Source: a virus
Lineage: Duplodnaviria; Caudoviricetes
Virus record (IMG/VR): IMGVR_UViG_3300003972_000074
Span: 1 to 34,609 of that record
Length of the DNA stretch: 34,609 nt
Direction: 5' to 3' (one strand)
Shown here in pieces: positions 14,373 through 24,587 of this stretch (its first letter is position 1; every line of letters begins with the position of its first letter). Below the pieces are notes generated by a model, which saw only the letters and a program-made list of their open reading frames with translations, was not told the origin of the DNA and searched no databases. The position numbers and the translations under genes are program-made.

Positions 14373-14542
14373 CAGCTGAGCCTCCGATCCGGCGGCCGGT
14401 AGCCGGTGGCGGCCTCGTAGACGTCGGCGACGTGCTCAGCGTGGGAAGCACCCAGCACTGCCCAGCCGCAGATGCAGCCCGATGTCGACGTGGGCTGGTG
14501 GGCGACCAGGACGCCGACGAGCAGTCCCCGCACGTAGGTCAC
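14372..14542 (-). CDS. Small Cys/His protein (56 aa)
   Basis: AHQ...GCICGW...HAEHVAD; coupled to neighbours. Confidence 0.55.
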   Translation of the reverse strand: MTYVRGLLVGVLVAHQPTSTSGCICGWAVLGASHAEHVADVYEAATGYRPPDRRLS

Positions 14543-14544
14543 GG

Positions 14545-15417
14545 TCAGCTCTCGGCGGCTGCCGCTGCGGCGGCGAGGACGTTGCCGAGGGCTCGGTCGA
14601 CGATGGCCTCGACCTCGTCGCCGGTGAGGGTGCCGGGGGTGGCGTCGACCAGCTGCGCCAGCTCGGCGGCGAGCGCCTTCACGTCCACGTCCACGTCGAC
14701 CGTGGTGGTGAGGTCGAGGGCGAGGGACGCCAAGGCGTCGGACGTGGCCGGGTCGACCCGCTTGGCCTCGACCCCGATCGTGCGGAGCGCGTTGCGCTGC
14801 GGGGTGTTGATGCGCTGGACGCCGCCCACGCCGACGATCAGGGCTGGCTTGCCGGGGCAGTCGATGATGACCATGTCGGGTTCCTCCGGTTCGGGGGCCG
14901 GCACCGGGCCGGCAGGAAGCGTGACGGCGTGGCGCAGCTCGGGCAGCCGGGCGTACAGGTGCCGGCCAGGGCAGGCGGTGGAGGCGCCGGGGGCGTCGCG
15001 GTGGCCACCACAGGTCGGCACCCACCAGCCGGCGTCACGGCCGTGGCGCACGAGGTCCACGAGCGCCACCCACTGGGCCGCCGGGACGTCGTGGCCGTCG
15101 AAGTTGCCGAGCAGGCAGATGGCGTGGGAGGTGGCGTTGTCCCCCGCGGTCGCGCCCCCCACGAACCGGTAGCCGCGGCCCTCGAAGATCGTTCCGTCGT
15201 CGCCGACGAGGAAGGTGTACGCGATGTCCTTCCAACCCCGGGTGTCCTGGTGGAACGCCTGGTGGGCCCGCACGGCGGCGACGCCCTGGCGGTCGTCGGC
15301 CGAGTGGTGGATCCACAGCCGCGGCGTCGGTAGCGAGATGGCGACCAGCGGCGAGGTCGGGGGGCGGGCGCCCCACTCGGCGCGGGTCAGGTAGGGGTGG
15401 CCGGCGAGAGATCCCAT
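14545..15417 (-). CDS. Endolysin, N-acetylmuramoyl-L-alanine amidase (PGRP/Amidase_2)
   Basis: TRAEWGARPP, WIHHSA, RGWKDIAYTFLVG..GTIFEGRG, GHRD...STACPG; GAGGAG RBS. Confidence 0.93.
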   Translation of the reverse strand: MGSLAGHPYLTRAEWGARPPTSPLVAISLPTPRLWIHHSADDRQGVAAVRAHQAFHQDTRGWKDIAYTFLVGDDGTIFEGRGYRFVGGATAGDNATSHAICLLGNFDGHDVPAAQWVALVDLVRHGRDAGWWVPTCGGHRDAPGASTACPGRHLYARLPELRHAVTLPAGPVPAPEPEEPDMVIIDCPGKPALIVGVGGVQRINTPQRNALRTIGVEAKRVDPATSDALASLALDLTTTVDVDVDVKALAAELAQLVDATPGTLTGDEVEAIVDRALGNVLAAAAAAAES

Positions 15418-15427
15418 GGCGTGCTCC

Positions 15428-16867
15428 TCAGAGTCGGCGTGATCGGGTGCCGCCGAAGCGGAGCCGGTTGGGTGTCTGCATGTGGGCGGCGGCGACAGCG
15501 TTGACGCCTTCACCGGTGGGTGGGGCGGGGCTGCCGGCGCTGATCGTGTGGGCGAACACTCGGCCAGGGTCGGCCCAGTCGGGTTCGGGTTCCTCGGGGC
15601 GCCACTGCTTGGCGTAGAGGGTGTTGCCGATCAGACGGGTGGCCAGCATGTGCGGGATGGTGGCGGTTCTGGTGGCCGGCTCCCAGGTGCCGCCGGCGTC
15701 GGCGTCGGTGGCGTCCGAGCCGGCCTGGGCCCAGGCGAAGGTGCGGCGGGTCTGGTCGACGGCGGTGACGGTGGCGCCGGTGATGTTGAACCCTGTCGCC
15801 GCCATGTTCACGAGGTTGCCGGTGTCGCCGACCTTGGGGAGCCACGGCACCGGGGTGTGCGCCGTGACGACGCCACCGGCTCGGCGGGCACGGGTGATCG
15901 GGCAGTAGCGCAGCGTGTCGAGAGCGGTGGCCAGCGCCGAGTTGATGCCGCCGGGGTTGAAGCTCATGGAGGCGGCGCCGGTGAACTCGACGACGTTGAG
16001 GTTGAGCAGCGTGGGTAGGGGGATGGTGGTGTCGGTCCACACGGCGAAGGCCCGCCACACGCCCGGCGACACCTCGACGACGCGGTGCAGGTGCCACCAC
16101 TGGGCGACGCCCGGGGCGAGGGTGTCGGCCGGGCCGAGCAGCGACACGAGCTCGGAGTCCTCGGCGTCGGAGTCGGGTAGGAGGAACGCCTCCCGCTGGT
16201 TGCCGCCCGAGCCCTGCGCGGTGATGGTGAGCCACCGGTCGGTCACCGAGGCGACGAAGCTGTTCGCCCCGTCCTGGGTCATCACCACCCGGGTCAGGCC
16301 CGTCGTGCCGTGCTCGATCCACGTGCGTTCCATCAGGCCGTGGGCGCCGGCGTCCAGCAGCGTCGCCTCGTGAAGCGCCAGCGCGCCAAGGGGGTTGCCG
16401 TGGGCGGTGTCGTCGGCGAAGTGGGCGGTGTCGGCGGCTTCGAGGTCGTCGATGTCGCCTTCGGCGGCGGTGACCCGGGTGTCGAGCGCAGCGACCGCGC
16501 CGGCGCCGGGGACGGTCACGGTCGCCTGGCTCGCTCCGGCGGCGACGGTGACGGCGCTCGAGGTACCGGCCCGGGGGCCGTCGTCGGGGGTCCAGGTGCC
16601 GACCAACAGCACTTGGTCCACACCAGCGATGTCCTCGATGAGCAGCCACTCGACCCCGACGCCGACGGTGAGGGCGCCGGTTATGGCGGCGCTGGCCGTG
16701 ATGGTCATCACGTCGTCGACGACGGTCACGTCGAGGGCGACGTCGTCGAGGGTGGAGGTGAAGCTGCGCCCGGCGAGCGAGTCCTCGAAGGTGAGCGCGA
16801 GCTCGTAGGCGTTGCCCTTCCGGATGAGCCGGTCGATGGAGCCGGGCCGGTCGTCGAGAAGGCTCAC
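15428..16867 (-). CDS. Minor tail protein / putative receptor-binding protein
   Basis: Last gene of the tail module; beta-rich with a short coiled coil (ALDTRVTAAEGDIDDLE). Confidence 0.7.
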   Translation of the reverse strand: MSLLDDRPGSIDRLIRKGNAYELALTFEDSLAGRSFTSTLDDVALDVTVVDDVMTITASAAITGALTVGVGVEWLLIEDIAGVDQVLLVGTWTPDDGPRAGTSSAVTVAAGASQATVTVPGAGAVAALDTRVTAAEGDIDDLEAADTAHFADDTAHGNPLGALALHEATLLDAGAHGLMERTWIEHGTTGLTRVVMTQDGANSFVASVTDRWLTITAQGSGGNQREAFLLPDSDAEDSELVSLLGPADTLAPGVAQWWHLHRVVEVSPGVWRAFAVWTDTTIPLPTLLNLNVVEFTGAASMSFNPGGINSALATALDTLRYCPITRARRAGGVVTAHTPVPWLPKVGDTGNLVNMAATGFNITGATVTAVDQTRRTFAWAQAGSDATDADAGGTWEPATRTATIPHMLATRLIGNTLYAKQWRPEEPEPDWADPGRVFAHTISAGSPAPPTGEGVNAVAAAHMQTPNRLRFGGTRSRRL

Positions 16868-16877
16868 GGCGCTGGCC

Positions 16878-19355
16878 TCACGCGGGTGACAAGGTCCATG
16901 TCGTCTCCCAGAGCGTTCCGCCGTTGGTCCACCGGTGGTTGATGGATTCGATGAACATGTCGGTGTCGATGCCGAGGCCGGTGGTGGGGCCGGTGGCGGT
17001 CAGGTGGATCAGGTGCCCGAGCCGGCGGCGCACGGCCTGGGCCCGGTAGGCGGCCGACTTCGACGCCCAGAACGACATCGACACCGGCGGCCGGGCGTCG
17101 CCGGCGGCGGCGAGGATGGCGGCGCCGTAGGCTTCGGCGGCGGCTTCGGTGGCGTGCAGGTTCGACGGGGCCCGGTGCTTCAGCACAGCCCCGTGGCGGT
17201 CCTGGGACGCGACGTCGTCGACGGTGACGAACCGGCCGTCCCCGCCCACGGTGTTCGGGTTGTCCAGCGTCGCCTTGGTGTGGGGGCCGTTGTAGCCACG
17301 GACGGCGAACACGACGGCCTCGTTGATGAGCCCGCCGGTGAGCCCGTGGAACGGGGTCGGGTCCTCCGATTCGGTGCAGTCGATCTTCGTGGAGACGAGG
17401 ATGCCGACGTCGGTGGCCGGGGTCCCGGAGCTGAAGATGGCACCGGTGGCCTGGCTGTAGCCGTCGGGGGGGTCGAACTCGTCGGAGAAGCCGATGGCCC
17501 CCGCGCTGGTGATCGCGGTGACCGCGCCCAGGAACAGGGTCGGGGCCCGCCCCCAGCCGTGGACGAGGGCGGAGGCGTCGAACCCGGAGGCGACGTCACC
17601 CATCGCGATCCCCCGGGTGGATTGGAACCAGCCTTCGATGCGGACGATCGCCGCGACGAACAGGCCTGGGGCGCCGCCGGAGTTGGCGTAGAACTCGACG
17701 ACAGTGCCGCCCTCGGTGCCGTTGCACCAGTGCGAGTAGACCCGCATGCCGGTGGCGGTGCCGGCGTCGCGGTGGTTCGCCCAGAACAGGGGGGTCAGCC
17801 AGCGTTCCCCGGCGGCGTTGGTGGACGAGGCGATGAAGATGACCAGCAGGTCGCCGTCGTTCACCGTCGGGAGGGTGATGTCGACGTTGCCGGTGCCGGT
17901 GGCGATCGTGGTGGTGACCCCGGACGGGGACTCGGGGGCGACGCCGGCGGTCACCTGGTTGACGACGTTGACCTTCTCGTCGAGCGGCACGATCCGGTGG
18001 GCGGCGAACTGAGCGGCGCCGTCCCCGAACCACGCATCCGGCGACGCGGTTGCGCGGGCGGCGGCGCCGTGGAACACGGGGTGGCCCTCGTTGGACTCGT
18101 GCAGGAAACCGCGTTCGGTCTCCTCGAAGAGGCGGGCCATGTCGAGGGCGTTGCCGTCGGGGATGCCGACGGGGCCGGTGGTGACGGTGCCCTCGTCGAT
18201 GCGGGCCGGTGGGTGGAGGCGCCCGGCCCGGTGGAGCACGTCGCCCACGACGAGCCCGGCGGCGGCGCCTGCCACGGCGAGCCGCGGGGAGGCGATGGTG
18301 CCGGCGCGGGCGACGTCGGCGAGGACGCCGGTGGCGGTGAGCTGCGCGACCTTCGCGGAGCCGACGTTGGCGGCGGGGCGGACGTCGGTGACGGTGCCGG
18401 TCCAGATGATCCCGTCGACTTCGGCGGCGACGTGGTCCCACACGTGGAAGTCCCCGACCTCCGGGCTGCGGCCCGAGAACTGGTCGTGGAACCCGTAGAG
18501 ACCAGCCTCGCTGGTGTTCGTCAGCCCGTGAGTGGCTGTGATGACCGGGGCGCCACCCACGTACGCGGTGATGGTGGTGCCCTCGACGCCGGCGCCGATG
18601 ACCATGCCCTCCCACGCGTCCATCGGGTAGCTGCCGAGTTGGGCGAACACGCCGCCGTTCCACTGGTGGATCGCGACCGACCGGGCCAAGGCGTCGTACT
18701 GCACCACGAGGAACGTGTCGACCGCCGACCAGCACACCACCACCCCCGCCGCCTTGATGTAGGGGTCCGACGGCTGCATCTGCCGGACCGTCGCCTGCAC
18801 GTAGTAGTCGGTCGCGCCGACATCGACCGTGGACATGATGATGGTCGAGAACGTGTCCGACGCCGAGGCGACCCGGCCCGCGACGGAGAAGCTGCCCTGC
18901 CGGTGAGTCCAGACCTGCCCGGTCTCGGTCGTGGCGAGCGGCCCGTCGGGGCGGTTGAACCGGTCCCGGGCCAGCAGCACCGGGTCGTCGGGGGTGGACT
19001 CGGCGGTCCTCACCCGGATCTTGCGGCCGGGCGCGAGGCTGAACGGGTCGGTGTTGAGCGGCGACGCCGGGTCGTGGCGGGAGAACACGTTGCTCTCGTT
19101 GACGAGCAGGAACCGGCCCGTGCCGGCGACGGCCAGCCCGGCGACAGGTGAGGGCCGGTCCCGGCCTGACAGGGTTTCTCCGGAGATGAGGTAGCCGGTG
19201 ATGTTCTCCTCTGGCTGATCGAAGTCGCCGTCGCCGTCGAGGTCCCACTCCAGGACGACCTCGGACAGGGCCGGGTCGGAGCCGTGCGCGAACGCCAGCG
19301 GGGCGGAGCCGCCGACCCGGAGTCCGCCCTCCACGTAGGCGTCGGTGACGGTCAT
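16878..19355 (-). CDS. Large minor tail (tail tip/hub-like) protein
   Basis: ATG 19355; VLEWDLDGDGDF..ENIT N-terminus; FIESINHRW..WETTWTLSPA C-terminus typical of actinophage tail tip proteins. Confidence 0.8.
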   Translation of the reverse strand: MTVTDAYVEGGLRVGGSAPLAFAHGSDPALSEVVLEWDLDGDGDFDQPEENITGYLISGETLSGRDRPSPVAGLAVAGTGRFLLVNESNVFSRHDPASPLNTDPFSLAPGRKIRVRTAESTPDDPVLLARDRFNRPDGPLATTETGQVWTHRQGSFSVAGRVASASDTFSTIIMSTVDVGATDYYVQATVRQMQPSDPYIKAAGVVVCWSAVDTFLVVQYDALARSVAIHQWNGGVFAQLGSYPMDAWEGMVIGAGVEGTTITAYVGGAPVITATHGLTNTSEAGLYGFHDQFSGRSPEVGDFHVWDHVAAEVDGIIWTGTVTDVRPAANVGSAKVAQLTATGVLADVARAGTIASPRLAVAGAAAGLVVGDVLHRAGRLHPPARIDEGTVTTGPVGIPDGNALDMARLFEETERGFLHESNEGHPVFHGAAARATASPDAWFGDGAAQFAAHRIVPLDEKVNVVNQVTAGVAPESPSGVTTTIATGTGNVDITLPTVNDGDLLVIFIASSTNAAGERWLTPLFWANHRDAGTATGMRVYSHWCNGTEGGTVVEFYANSGGAPGLFVAAIVRIEGWFQSTRGIAMGDVASGFDASALVHGWGRAPTLFLGAVTAITSAGAIGFSDEFDPPDGYSQATGAIFSSGTPATDVGILVSTKIDCTESEDPTPFHGLTGGLINEAVVFAVRGYNGPHTKATLDNPNTVGGDGRFVTVDDVASQDRHGAVLKHRAPSNLHATEAAAEAYGAAILAAAGDARPPVSMSFWASKSAAYRAQAVRRRLGHLIHLTATGPTTGLGIDTDMFIESINHRWTNGGTLWETTWTLSPA

Positions 19356-20278
19356 CGCTGGTAGACGATCTCGTACTCGCAGACCCCGAACGGCGGGTTC
19401 TCGGTGGCGGTGTCGCCGCCCAGTTCGGCGCCCTGGGAGCGTGACGACGAGCTCGCCTGGGCGTTCCACCCGCCGGACGCCTGGATGGTTGCCGTCCACG
19501 AGGGGACGCCGGTCACACGGCGGTGGAACGGCGAGATGCCGCCGCTGGCCTGGGAGTCGAACTTGGCGAAGCTCGATGCCCCGTCCGCGACCTCCAAGCT
19601 GTGGGTGTGGTCGATCGCCCCGCCGGTGTCGCCCAGCGAGGCACCCGTGCCGGAGTCGGCCTTGCCGAGCGGGAACCGCTGCCGGAAGTCCGGCAGGTTG
19701 AACGTCGTCGACCCGTCACCAGCACCGTAGGCGGTGCCGATCTCAGCGAACAGGTCGGCGTAGGTGGTGCGCGACACGGCGGAGCCGTCGCACTTCAGGC
19801 GGCCCGGTGCGGGGGTCGCGCGGGCCGAGGGGATGATGTCGCCGACAGCCAAACCGCTGCCCTCCGTGTCGTCCAACGTGACCCGCGGGACCACGACGAT
19901 GCGGTCGTTCAGGAACTCGATGACGACCGGCGCCGGGAACTGGTCGAACAGGATCGCCAGCCCATCCGCGCTGCGGGTCAGGTAGTAGCCCCAGATGTTC
20001 TGCGCCGTCTGGTTCGCGCTGGACGTGAACTGCTTCTCGACGTTGACCGCGACGGTCGGGTCGCCGGTCGTGATCGTCCAGTCGCCCGTGCCGACCGCCG
20101 CCGCCGAGTAGCCGGTGAACGTGGCCTCGGTGAAGTCGGTCTCGTCCAGGGCGTCGATCTGCGCTGCTGTCAACCCGGCGGTGACGTCGGTCTTGTAGAG
20201 CCGCAAGTCGTAGGCGACGCCGGTGAGACCGTCCTCGAGCAGAGCCTGCTCGCCCTGGTTCAGGACTGTGACGCTCAC
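19352..20278 (-). CDS. Tail protein with phage tail collar domain
   Basis: VGDIIP...PGRLKCDGSAVSRTTYADLFAEIGTAYGAGDGSTTFNLPDFRQRFPLG. Confidence 0.88.
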   Translation of the reverse strand: MSVTVLNQGEQALLEDGLTGVAYDLRLYKTDVTAGLTAAQIDALDETDFTEATFTGYSAAAVGTGDWTITTGDPTVAVNVEKQFTSSANQTAQNIWGYYLTRSADGLAILFDQFPAPVVIEFLNDRIVVVPRVTLDDTEGSGLAVGDIIPSARATPAPGRLKCDGSAVSRTTYADLFAEIGTAYGAGDGSTTFNLPDFRQRFPLGKADSGTGASLGDTGGAIDHTHSLEVADGASSFAKFDSQASGGISPFHRRVTGVPSWTATIQASGGWNAQASSSSRSQGAELGGDTATENPPFGVCEYEIVYQR

Positions 20279-20460
20279 AGCCGCCCGCCGGTCTGGGCGA
20301 CGATCTCGGCGAGAAGCTCCCGGGGCTGCACGCCGGCGTGCACGGCGTGGGCGAGCAGCTGGTTCACCTCGGCGGCGTCGCCGGCACGCTCCGCCGCCAG
20401 GGCGGCGGTGACGACCCGGCGGGCCTCGGCGAGGCGTTCGGCGTCGGTCAGGCGAGTCAT
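20275..20460 (-). CDS. Hypothetical protein (61 aa)
   Basis: Coupled to tape measure and collar genes by 4-nt overlaps. Confidence 0.65.
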   Translation of the reverse strand: MTRLTDAERLAEARRVVTAALAAERAGDAAEVNQLLAHAVHAGVQPRELLAEIVAQTGGRL

Positions 20461-22964
20461 GCTGCGAACGCACCTCCGAAGTCGCCGCGCTCGACGGCGT
20501 CGCGGATGAGGTCGATGAGGTCCCGCTCGCTGTGGATGCTGCCCTGGACCACCAGCTGCCCGATGAGCGGGGTGCCCATGGACTGGCCCATGGCGCGCAG
20601 CCCGCGGGGCAGGGGGATGACGGCCTCGTCGTGGCGGCCCTCACCAAGCTGGGCGAACATCCCGCCGGGGGTGGCGGGGACGATGCCGCCCTCGGCGAGG
20701 GGGGTGATGTTGGGCAGGTCCCAGCCGCCGATGGAGCCGCCACCGAACGAGCCGAGCCCGGGGACGCTCACCGAGGGGATGTCGAAGCTCGGGAACGACA
20801 GGCCGTTCCACCAGCCGATCACCTTGTTGATCGCCGACTTGAAGCCCTCGGGAATGGCGTCGAACAGGCCCACTACGGCTGAGGCGATGGCGTCCGGCAG
20901 GCCGGTCACGAACGACACGACGTCGTTGAAGCGGGCGACGATCCAGTCCTTCACCGCGGTCGCGCCGGCCTTGATGGACTCCCAGTTGCGGGAGATCGCC
21001 AGGACCGCGAGACCGAAGGGGCCGGTCAGGATCGCGAGCAGGAGCGGCCAGTTGTTCCGCACCCAGTCGATCGCCCCCGAGATGAGGTTCACGACGAACC
21101 CGAACGCCGCCTTCGTCGCCGCCACGATCGTGTCCCAGTGGGTGATCACGAGGTACGCGAACGCGGCGATCGCGGCGCCGATGAGGATGATCGGCGCCAT
21201 CGCCACCAGCGTCGCCGCAGCCGCCGCGGCAGCGGACACGGCCCACGCCCCGAACGCGACCACCAGCCCGGCGAGCGCCGGGAGCATGAGCGCACCGACC
21301 GCGATCGCGACCGCGGCCAGGACCCGCTCATGCTCGGCGAGCCAACCGGCAAACGAGATGAGCGCCGGGACCGCGGTGCCGAGGATGAACTCGCCGAGCT
21401 TCTGCACCGCCGGGACGACGGTGCGGCCGAGGAACTCCCCGAACGACCGGGCCGCCGGGAGCACGTCCTCCTGCAGCGAGTCCGCGAAGTCGGAGGCAGC
21501 GGGGCCGAGCTCGTCGCCCAACCAGCCGGCGAAGTCCCGCAGACCGGAGACGCCGTCCGAGGTGATCCAGTCGCCCACGTCCTCGAACGCGGGGAGCAGG
21601 TGCTCGGACGCCCAGTCGCCGGCCTCCTCCAGCGCCGGGATGACCTGGCCGCCGAGGCCCCGCACCAGGACGTCGAGCGCCTTGCGCTTGAACGTCTCGA
21701 TCTTGGTGGAGGCGTTGTCGTAGGCGGAGCCGAGCTTGTCGGTGGCGCCCTCGATGTTGCCGAGGCCCGCGGTAGCGGTGTCGAGGTCGAGGGCGAAGAG
21801 GGCGTCGCCCAGGTCCTCGGCCTGGGTGCCGAACAGGGCCACGGCGGCGGCGTTGCGCTGGACCGGGTCCTCCATGCCCCGTAGCCCGTCGAGGACCTGG
21901 TCGAGCGCGGAGCGGGCCGCGGGGCCGCCCTCGGCGACCGCTGCGGTCATCTCCGACGCCGACAGGCCGATGAGCTTGAAGCCCTCGGCGCTGGCCTCGG
22001 AGCCGTCCTGGGCCCGGATCCCGAACTCCTTGAGGGCGTCGGCGACCTTGTCGGCGTCGCGGGCGCCGGCCTGGAGGCCCTGCACCATGAGCCCGGTGGC
22101 ATCGGAGGCGTCGATGCCGACCTCACGGAACGCCGGTGAGTACTCCTGGAACGTCTCCAGCAGGTCCCCGGCCTTGTCGGCGCCCTCCTGGACGCCGCGG
22201 GTCAGGACGTCGAAGGCGGCCGCGCCGTCCTTCGCGATGCCGGAGCGGAGCATCGTGGACACGGCCTGGGCCGCCATGTCCATGTCCTGCTCCAGCACGT
22301 CGGTGAACGTGAGGAGCCGTTCGGTGATGGACTCGATCTCGGCGTCGGTCGAGGAGTCGGCCGACGCCAGGCCCTTCTCCAGCACCGACCGGATCGCCGC
22401 ACCGGTCTCCGCGGCCGAGTCGCCGAACCCGTCGGTGTAGAGGGACCCGGCGATGTCGCCCATCGAGTAGGCCCAGTCGGAGCCGCCGAGCTGCGCGGCG
22501 AGGCGGTCGGTGGCGACCTCTGTGTCGAGGCCGGTCGCCATGCCGGTGACCACCAGCGCCCCGATCGCGAGGCCGGCCGCGGCGGCGCCGGCCATGGCGA
22601 CCGTCTTGAACTTGTCCATGGCCCCGGAGGCAACGCCGCCGATGCCGTCGAGGCCGCCGCGCATCCCTGACAGGAACCCGCCACCCGCCCGGTCCCCTGA
22701 GCCTTCGACCTCGCGGGCCACCCGGTCGGCGTCATCGGCGACGCGGTCCAACGCCGTGCCGGCCTCCCGGGCCGCCGGGTCGATACCGTCGAACGCCTTC
22801 GCGGCCATGTCGCCGGCGTCGTCGATCGCCCGCCCCGCGTGCTCGGCGTCGGCTTCGATGCGGTCCATGGACCGCTCGAACGACCGGACCCCGGCGGCGG
22901 CGCCGGACTCCAGGTCGTCGAGGTCGACCCCCACACCGACCATCAGCTCCGCGAGCGTCGTCAC
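20457..22964 (-). CDS. Tape measure protein
   Basis: 835 aa, Ala/Gly-rich; DKAGDLLETFQEYS and DKVADALKEF motifs; periodic Trp/Phe; LAEGGIV C-terminal motif. Confidence 0.93.
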   Translation of the reverse strand: MTTLAELMVGVGVDLDDLESGAAAGVRSFERSMDRIEADAEHAGRAIDDAGDMAAKAFDGIDPAAREAGTALDRVADDADRVAREVEGSGDRAGGGFLSGMRGGLDGIGGVASGAMDKFKTVAMAGAAAAGLAIGALVVTGMATGLDTEVATDRLAAQLGGSDWAYSMGDIAGSLYTDGFGDSAAETGAAIRSVLEKGLASADSSTDAEIESITERLLTFTDVLEQDMDMAAQAVSTMLRSGIAKDGAAAFDVLTRGVQEGADKAGDLLETFQEYSPAFREVGIDASDATGLMVQGLQAGARDADKVADALKEFGIRAQDGSEASAEGFKLIGLSASEMTAAVAEGGPAARSALDQVLDGLRGMEDPVQRNAAAVALFGTQAEDLGDALFALDLDTATAGLGNIEGATDKLGSAYDNASTKIETFKRKALDVLVRGLGGQVIPALEEAGDWASEHLLPAFEDVGDWITSDGVSGLRDFAGWLGDELGPAASDFADSLQEDVLPAARSFGEFLGRTVVPAVQKLGEFILGTAVPALISFAGWLAEHERVLAAVAIAVGALMLPALAGLVVAFGAWAVSAAAAAAATLVAMAPIILIGAAIAAFAYLVITHWDTIVAATKAAFGFVVNLISGAIDWVRNNWPLLLAILTGPFGLAVLAISRNWESIKAGATAVKDWIVARFNDVVSFVTGLPDAIASAVVGLFDAIPEGFKSAINKVIGWWNGLSFPSFDIPSVSVPGLGSFGGGSIGGWDLPNITPLAEGGIVPATPGGMFAQLGEGRHDEAVIPLPRGLRAMGQSMGTPLIGQLVVQGSIHSERDLIDLIRDAVERGDFGGAFAA

Positions 22965-23329
22965 TCGGCACCCCCTCGACTACCCCGGCGGTCCTTGCCG
23001 CCTGCGGCACGGTTGATCTGCTGGACGATGGCGAGCTGCTCCTGCCAGGACTGGCGGCGGCGGCCGCCCCACTCCGGCATGAAGTCCGCTGGCCGGTGCA
23101 CCCGGCCCTTCTTGCCGCGCAGGCCGTTGGCGATGGTGGCGGCGACGATGCCGGCCAGGACGTCGGCCCGGTGCGCAGCGTCGAGTGGCCCGACCTCGGC
23201 CTCGTAGGCGGCCCAGTCGGTCAGCTCCCGGGAGCTGATCCGGGTGAGCATCTCCTCGACGGTCATGCCGCCGAGGGCGAGGGTCAGCCGGTGGTAGAAC
23301 CGCCGCTCGGGGCGGTCCCGGAGTTTCCC
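22961..23329 (-). CDS. Tail assembly chaperone, -1 frameshift extension (gpGT-like)
   Basis: The -1 frame from slippery GGGAAAC reads KLRDRPERRFYHRLTLALGGMTVEEM...ISSRELTDWAAY. Confidence 0.85.
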   Translation of the reverse strand, partial: GKLRDRPERRFYHRLTLALGGMTVEEMLTRISSRELTDWAAYEAEVGPLDAAHRADVLAGIVAATIANGLRGKKGRVHRPADFMPEWGGRRRQSWQEQLAIVQQINRAAGGKDRRGSRGGAE

Positions 23330-23700
23330 CGGGCGGTCTCCACGGCCTTGTCGTCCATGCCGGACAGGCGCCGGGCGGTGTCGAAGAGGCGCTCGATGGT
23401 GCGGGCGTTCTTGGCGCCGAGCTGCTGGGCGGCCTTGTCGTCGAAGAGGCGCTCACCCGTCTCCGGGTCGTGGAGCACCTTCACGAGGAGCTTCGCCCGG
23501 TAGTTGGCGAGACGCAGCTCCACCTCGGCCTCGCCGGCCGGCGAGCGTCGAACGGCGGCCATCTTGGCCTCGTAGGCGTCCCGGTCGATGCCCGACAGGC
23601 CCCGCACCTGCACGGTGACGCCCCACTCGGGGACCTCGACGTCCTCGTGGGGAATGTCCTCGGCGGCGAGGATCTGCTCGGCGAGGCTGAGCTTGCCCAT
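23284..23700 (-). CDS. Tail assembly chaperone (gpG-like)
   Basis: ILAAEDIPHEDVEVPEWG..VQVRGLSG..RDAYE; lies between tail tube and tape measure. Confidence 0.9.
   Translation of the reverse strand: MGKLSLAEQILAAEDIPHEDVEVPEWGVTVQVRGLSGIDRDAYEAKMAAVRRSPAGEAEVELRLANYRAKLLVKVLHDPETGERLFDDKAAQQLGAKNARTIERLFDTARRLSGMDDKAVETARGNSGTAPSGGSTTG
23323..23329 (-). other. Programmed -1 frameshift heptamer G GGA AAC
   Basis: X XXY YYZ heptamer in the correct phase near the end of the chaperone gene. Confidence 0.85.
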
Positions 23701-24122
23701 CAGCTGTTCTCCAGCGTGGGCTCACCGGTGAGCTTGAACGTGAGCGACGCCGTCATGTGCGAGTCGTGGGGGGCCTCGGGCTCGAAGCCGGTGAGGATCG
23801 CGGCGAAGGACCACACCGTCTCCGGGGTGGTCGGGAACGCCAGCTCGTAGTTGCGGGGGGCGGTGTCGTCGAAGTCGGCGACCAGGGTGTCGTGGATCGA
23901 CGGGTCGTAGTTGACGTCGATCGACACCTCGCCGGCGTCTTTGAAGCCGCCGATGAACTCGCGCCACTGGCCCGGGGACTGGTGGGTGGAGACGTCGTAG
24001 GTGTCCCGGGACAGGCCCGGGCCACTGATGTTGGTGGACTCACCGATGGCGGTGAACACCTCGGTGGGGGTGGCTCCGTCGCCGCGCCGCAGCTCGGCGC
24101 CGAAGCCGTCGATGCCGGCCAT
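23700..24122 (-). CDS. Major tail (tube) protein
   Basis: ISGPGLSRDTYDVSTH.SPGQWREFIGGFKDAGEVS; AGGAGG RBS. Confidence 0.92.
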   Translation of the reverse strand: MAGIDGFGAELRRGDGATPTEVFTAIGESTNISGPGLSRDTYDVSTHQSPGQWREFIGGFKDAGEVSIDVNYDPSIHDTLVADFDDTAPRNYELAFPTTPETVWSFAAILTGFEPEAPHDSHMTASLTFKLTGEPTLENS

Positions 24123-24152
24123 GGTCGTTCCTCCTGGGGGATCAGCTGGGGG

Positions 24153-24587
24153 TCAGCTGGTGTCGGTGGGTTGCTCGATGTCGACGCGGAAGTCGAGAGG
24201 GATGTGGCGGATGTCGCCGGGCGGTTCCGGGTCGATGAGGGTCTGGCTGAACTCGAAGCGGACCGCCACGACGTGGAAGCCGGCGACGGTGAGAGGCTGG
24301 TGGTCGAACAGCGCCACGATCTGGGCTTCGATCGTCAGCGCCCGGGCGAACCCGCGGGCCTGGTCCCAGATGTGGAGGTGCTCCACCACGGAGCGCCCGA
24401 ACCCGCCGTGACGGTTCCTCGGCGACGCGGTCGCCTCGCCGATCACGACGCACGGGTAGGCGGCGGCCTCGGGGATGTAGTCGTAGACGCCGTCGCCGGC
24501 GAGGAGACCCATCAGCGTCGCGTCGCCGGTCATACGGTCGTAGAACGCCTGCTGGATCGGCGACAGGGGCTGCTCGGCGTCGGTCAC
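24153..24587 (-). CDS. Tail terminator (DUF3168-like)
   Basis: IQQAFYDRMTGDATLM...VYDYIPEAAAYPCVVIGE; synteny. Confidence 0.85.
   Translation of the reverse strand: MTDAEQPLSPIQQAFYDRMTGDATLMGLLAGDGVYDYIPEAAAYPCVVIGEATASPRNRHGGFGRSVVEHLHIWDQARGFARALTIEAQIVALFDHQPLTVAGFHVVAVRFEFSQTLIDPEPPGDIRHIPLDFRVDIEQPTDTS

Noticed and set aside
15428-20278. Diversity-generating retroelement or invertible tail-fibre switch
   Set aside because: No reverse transcriptase, invertase or template/variable repeat pair seen in the window
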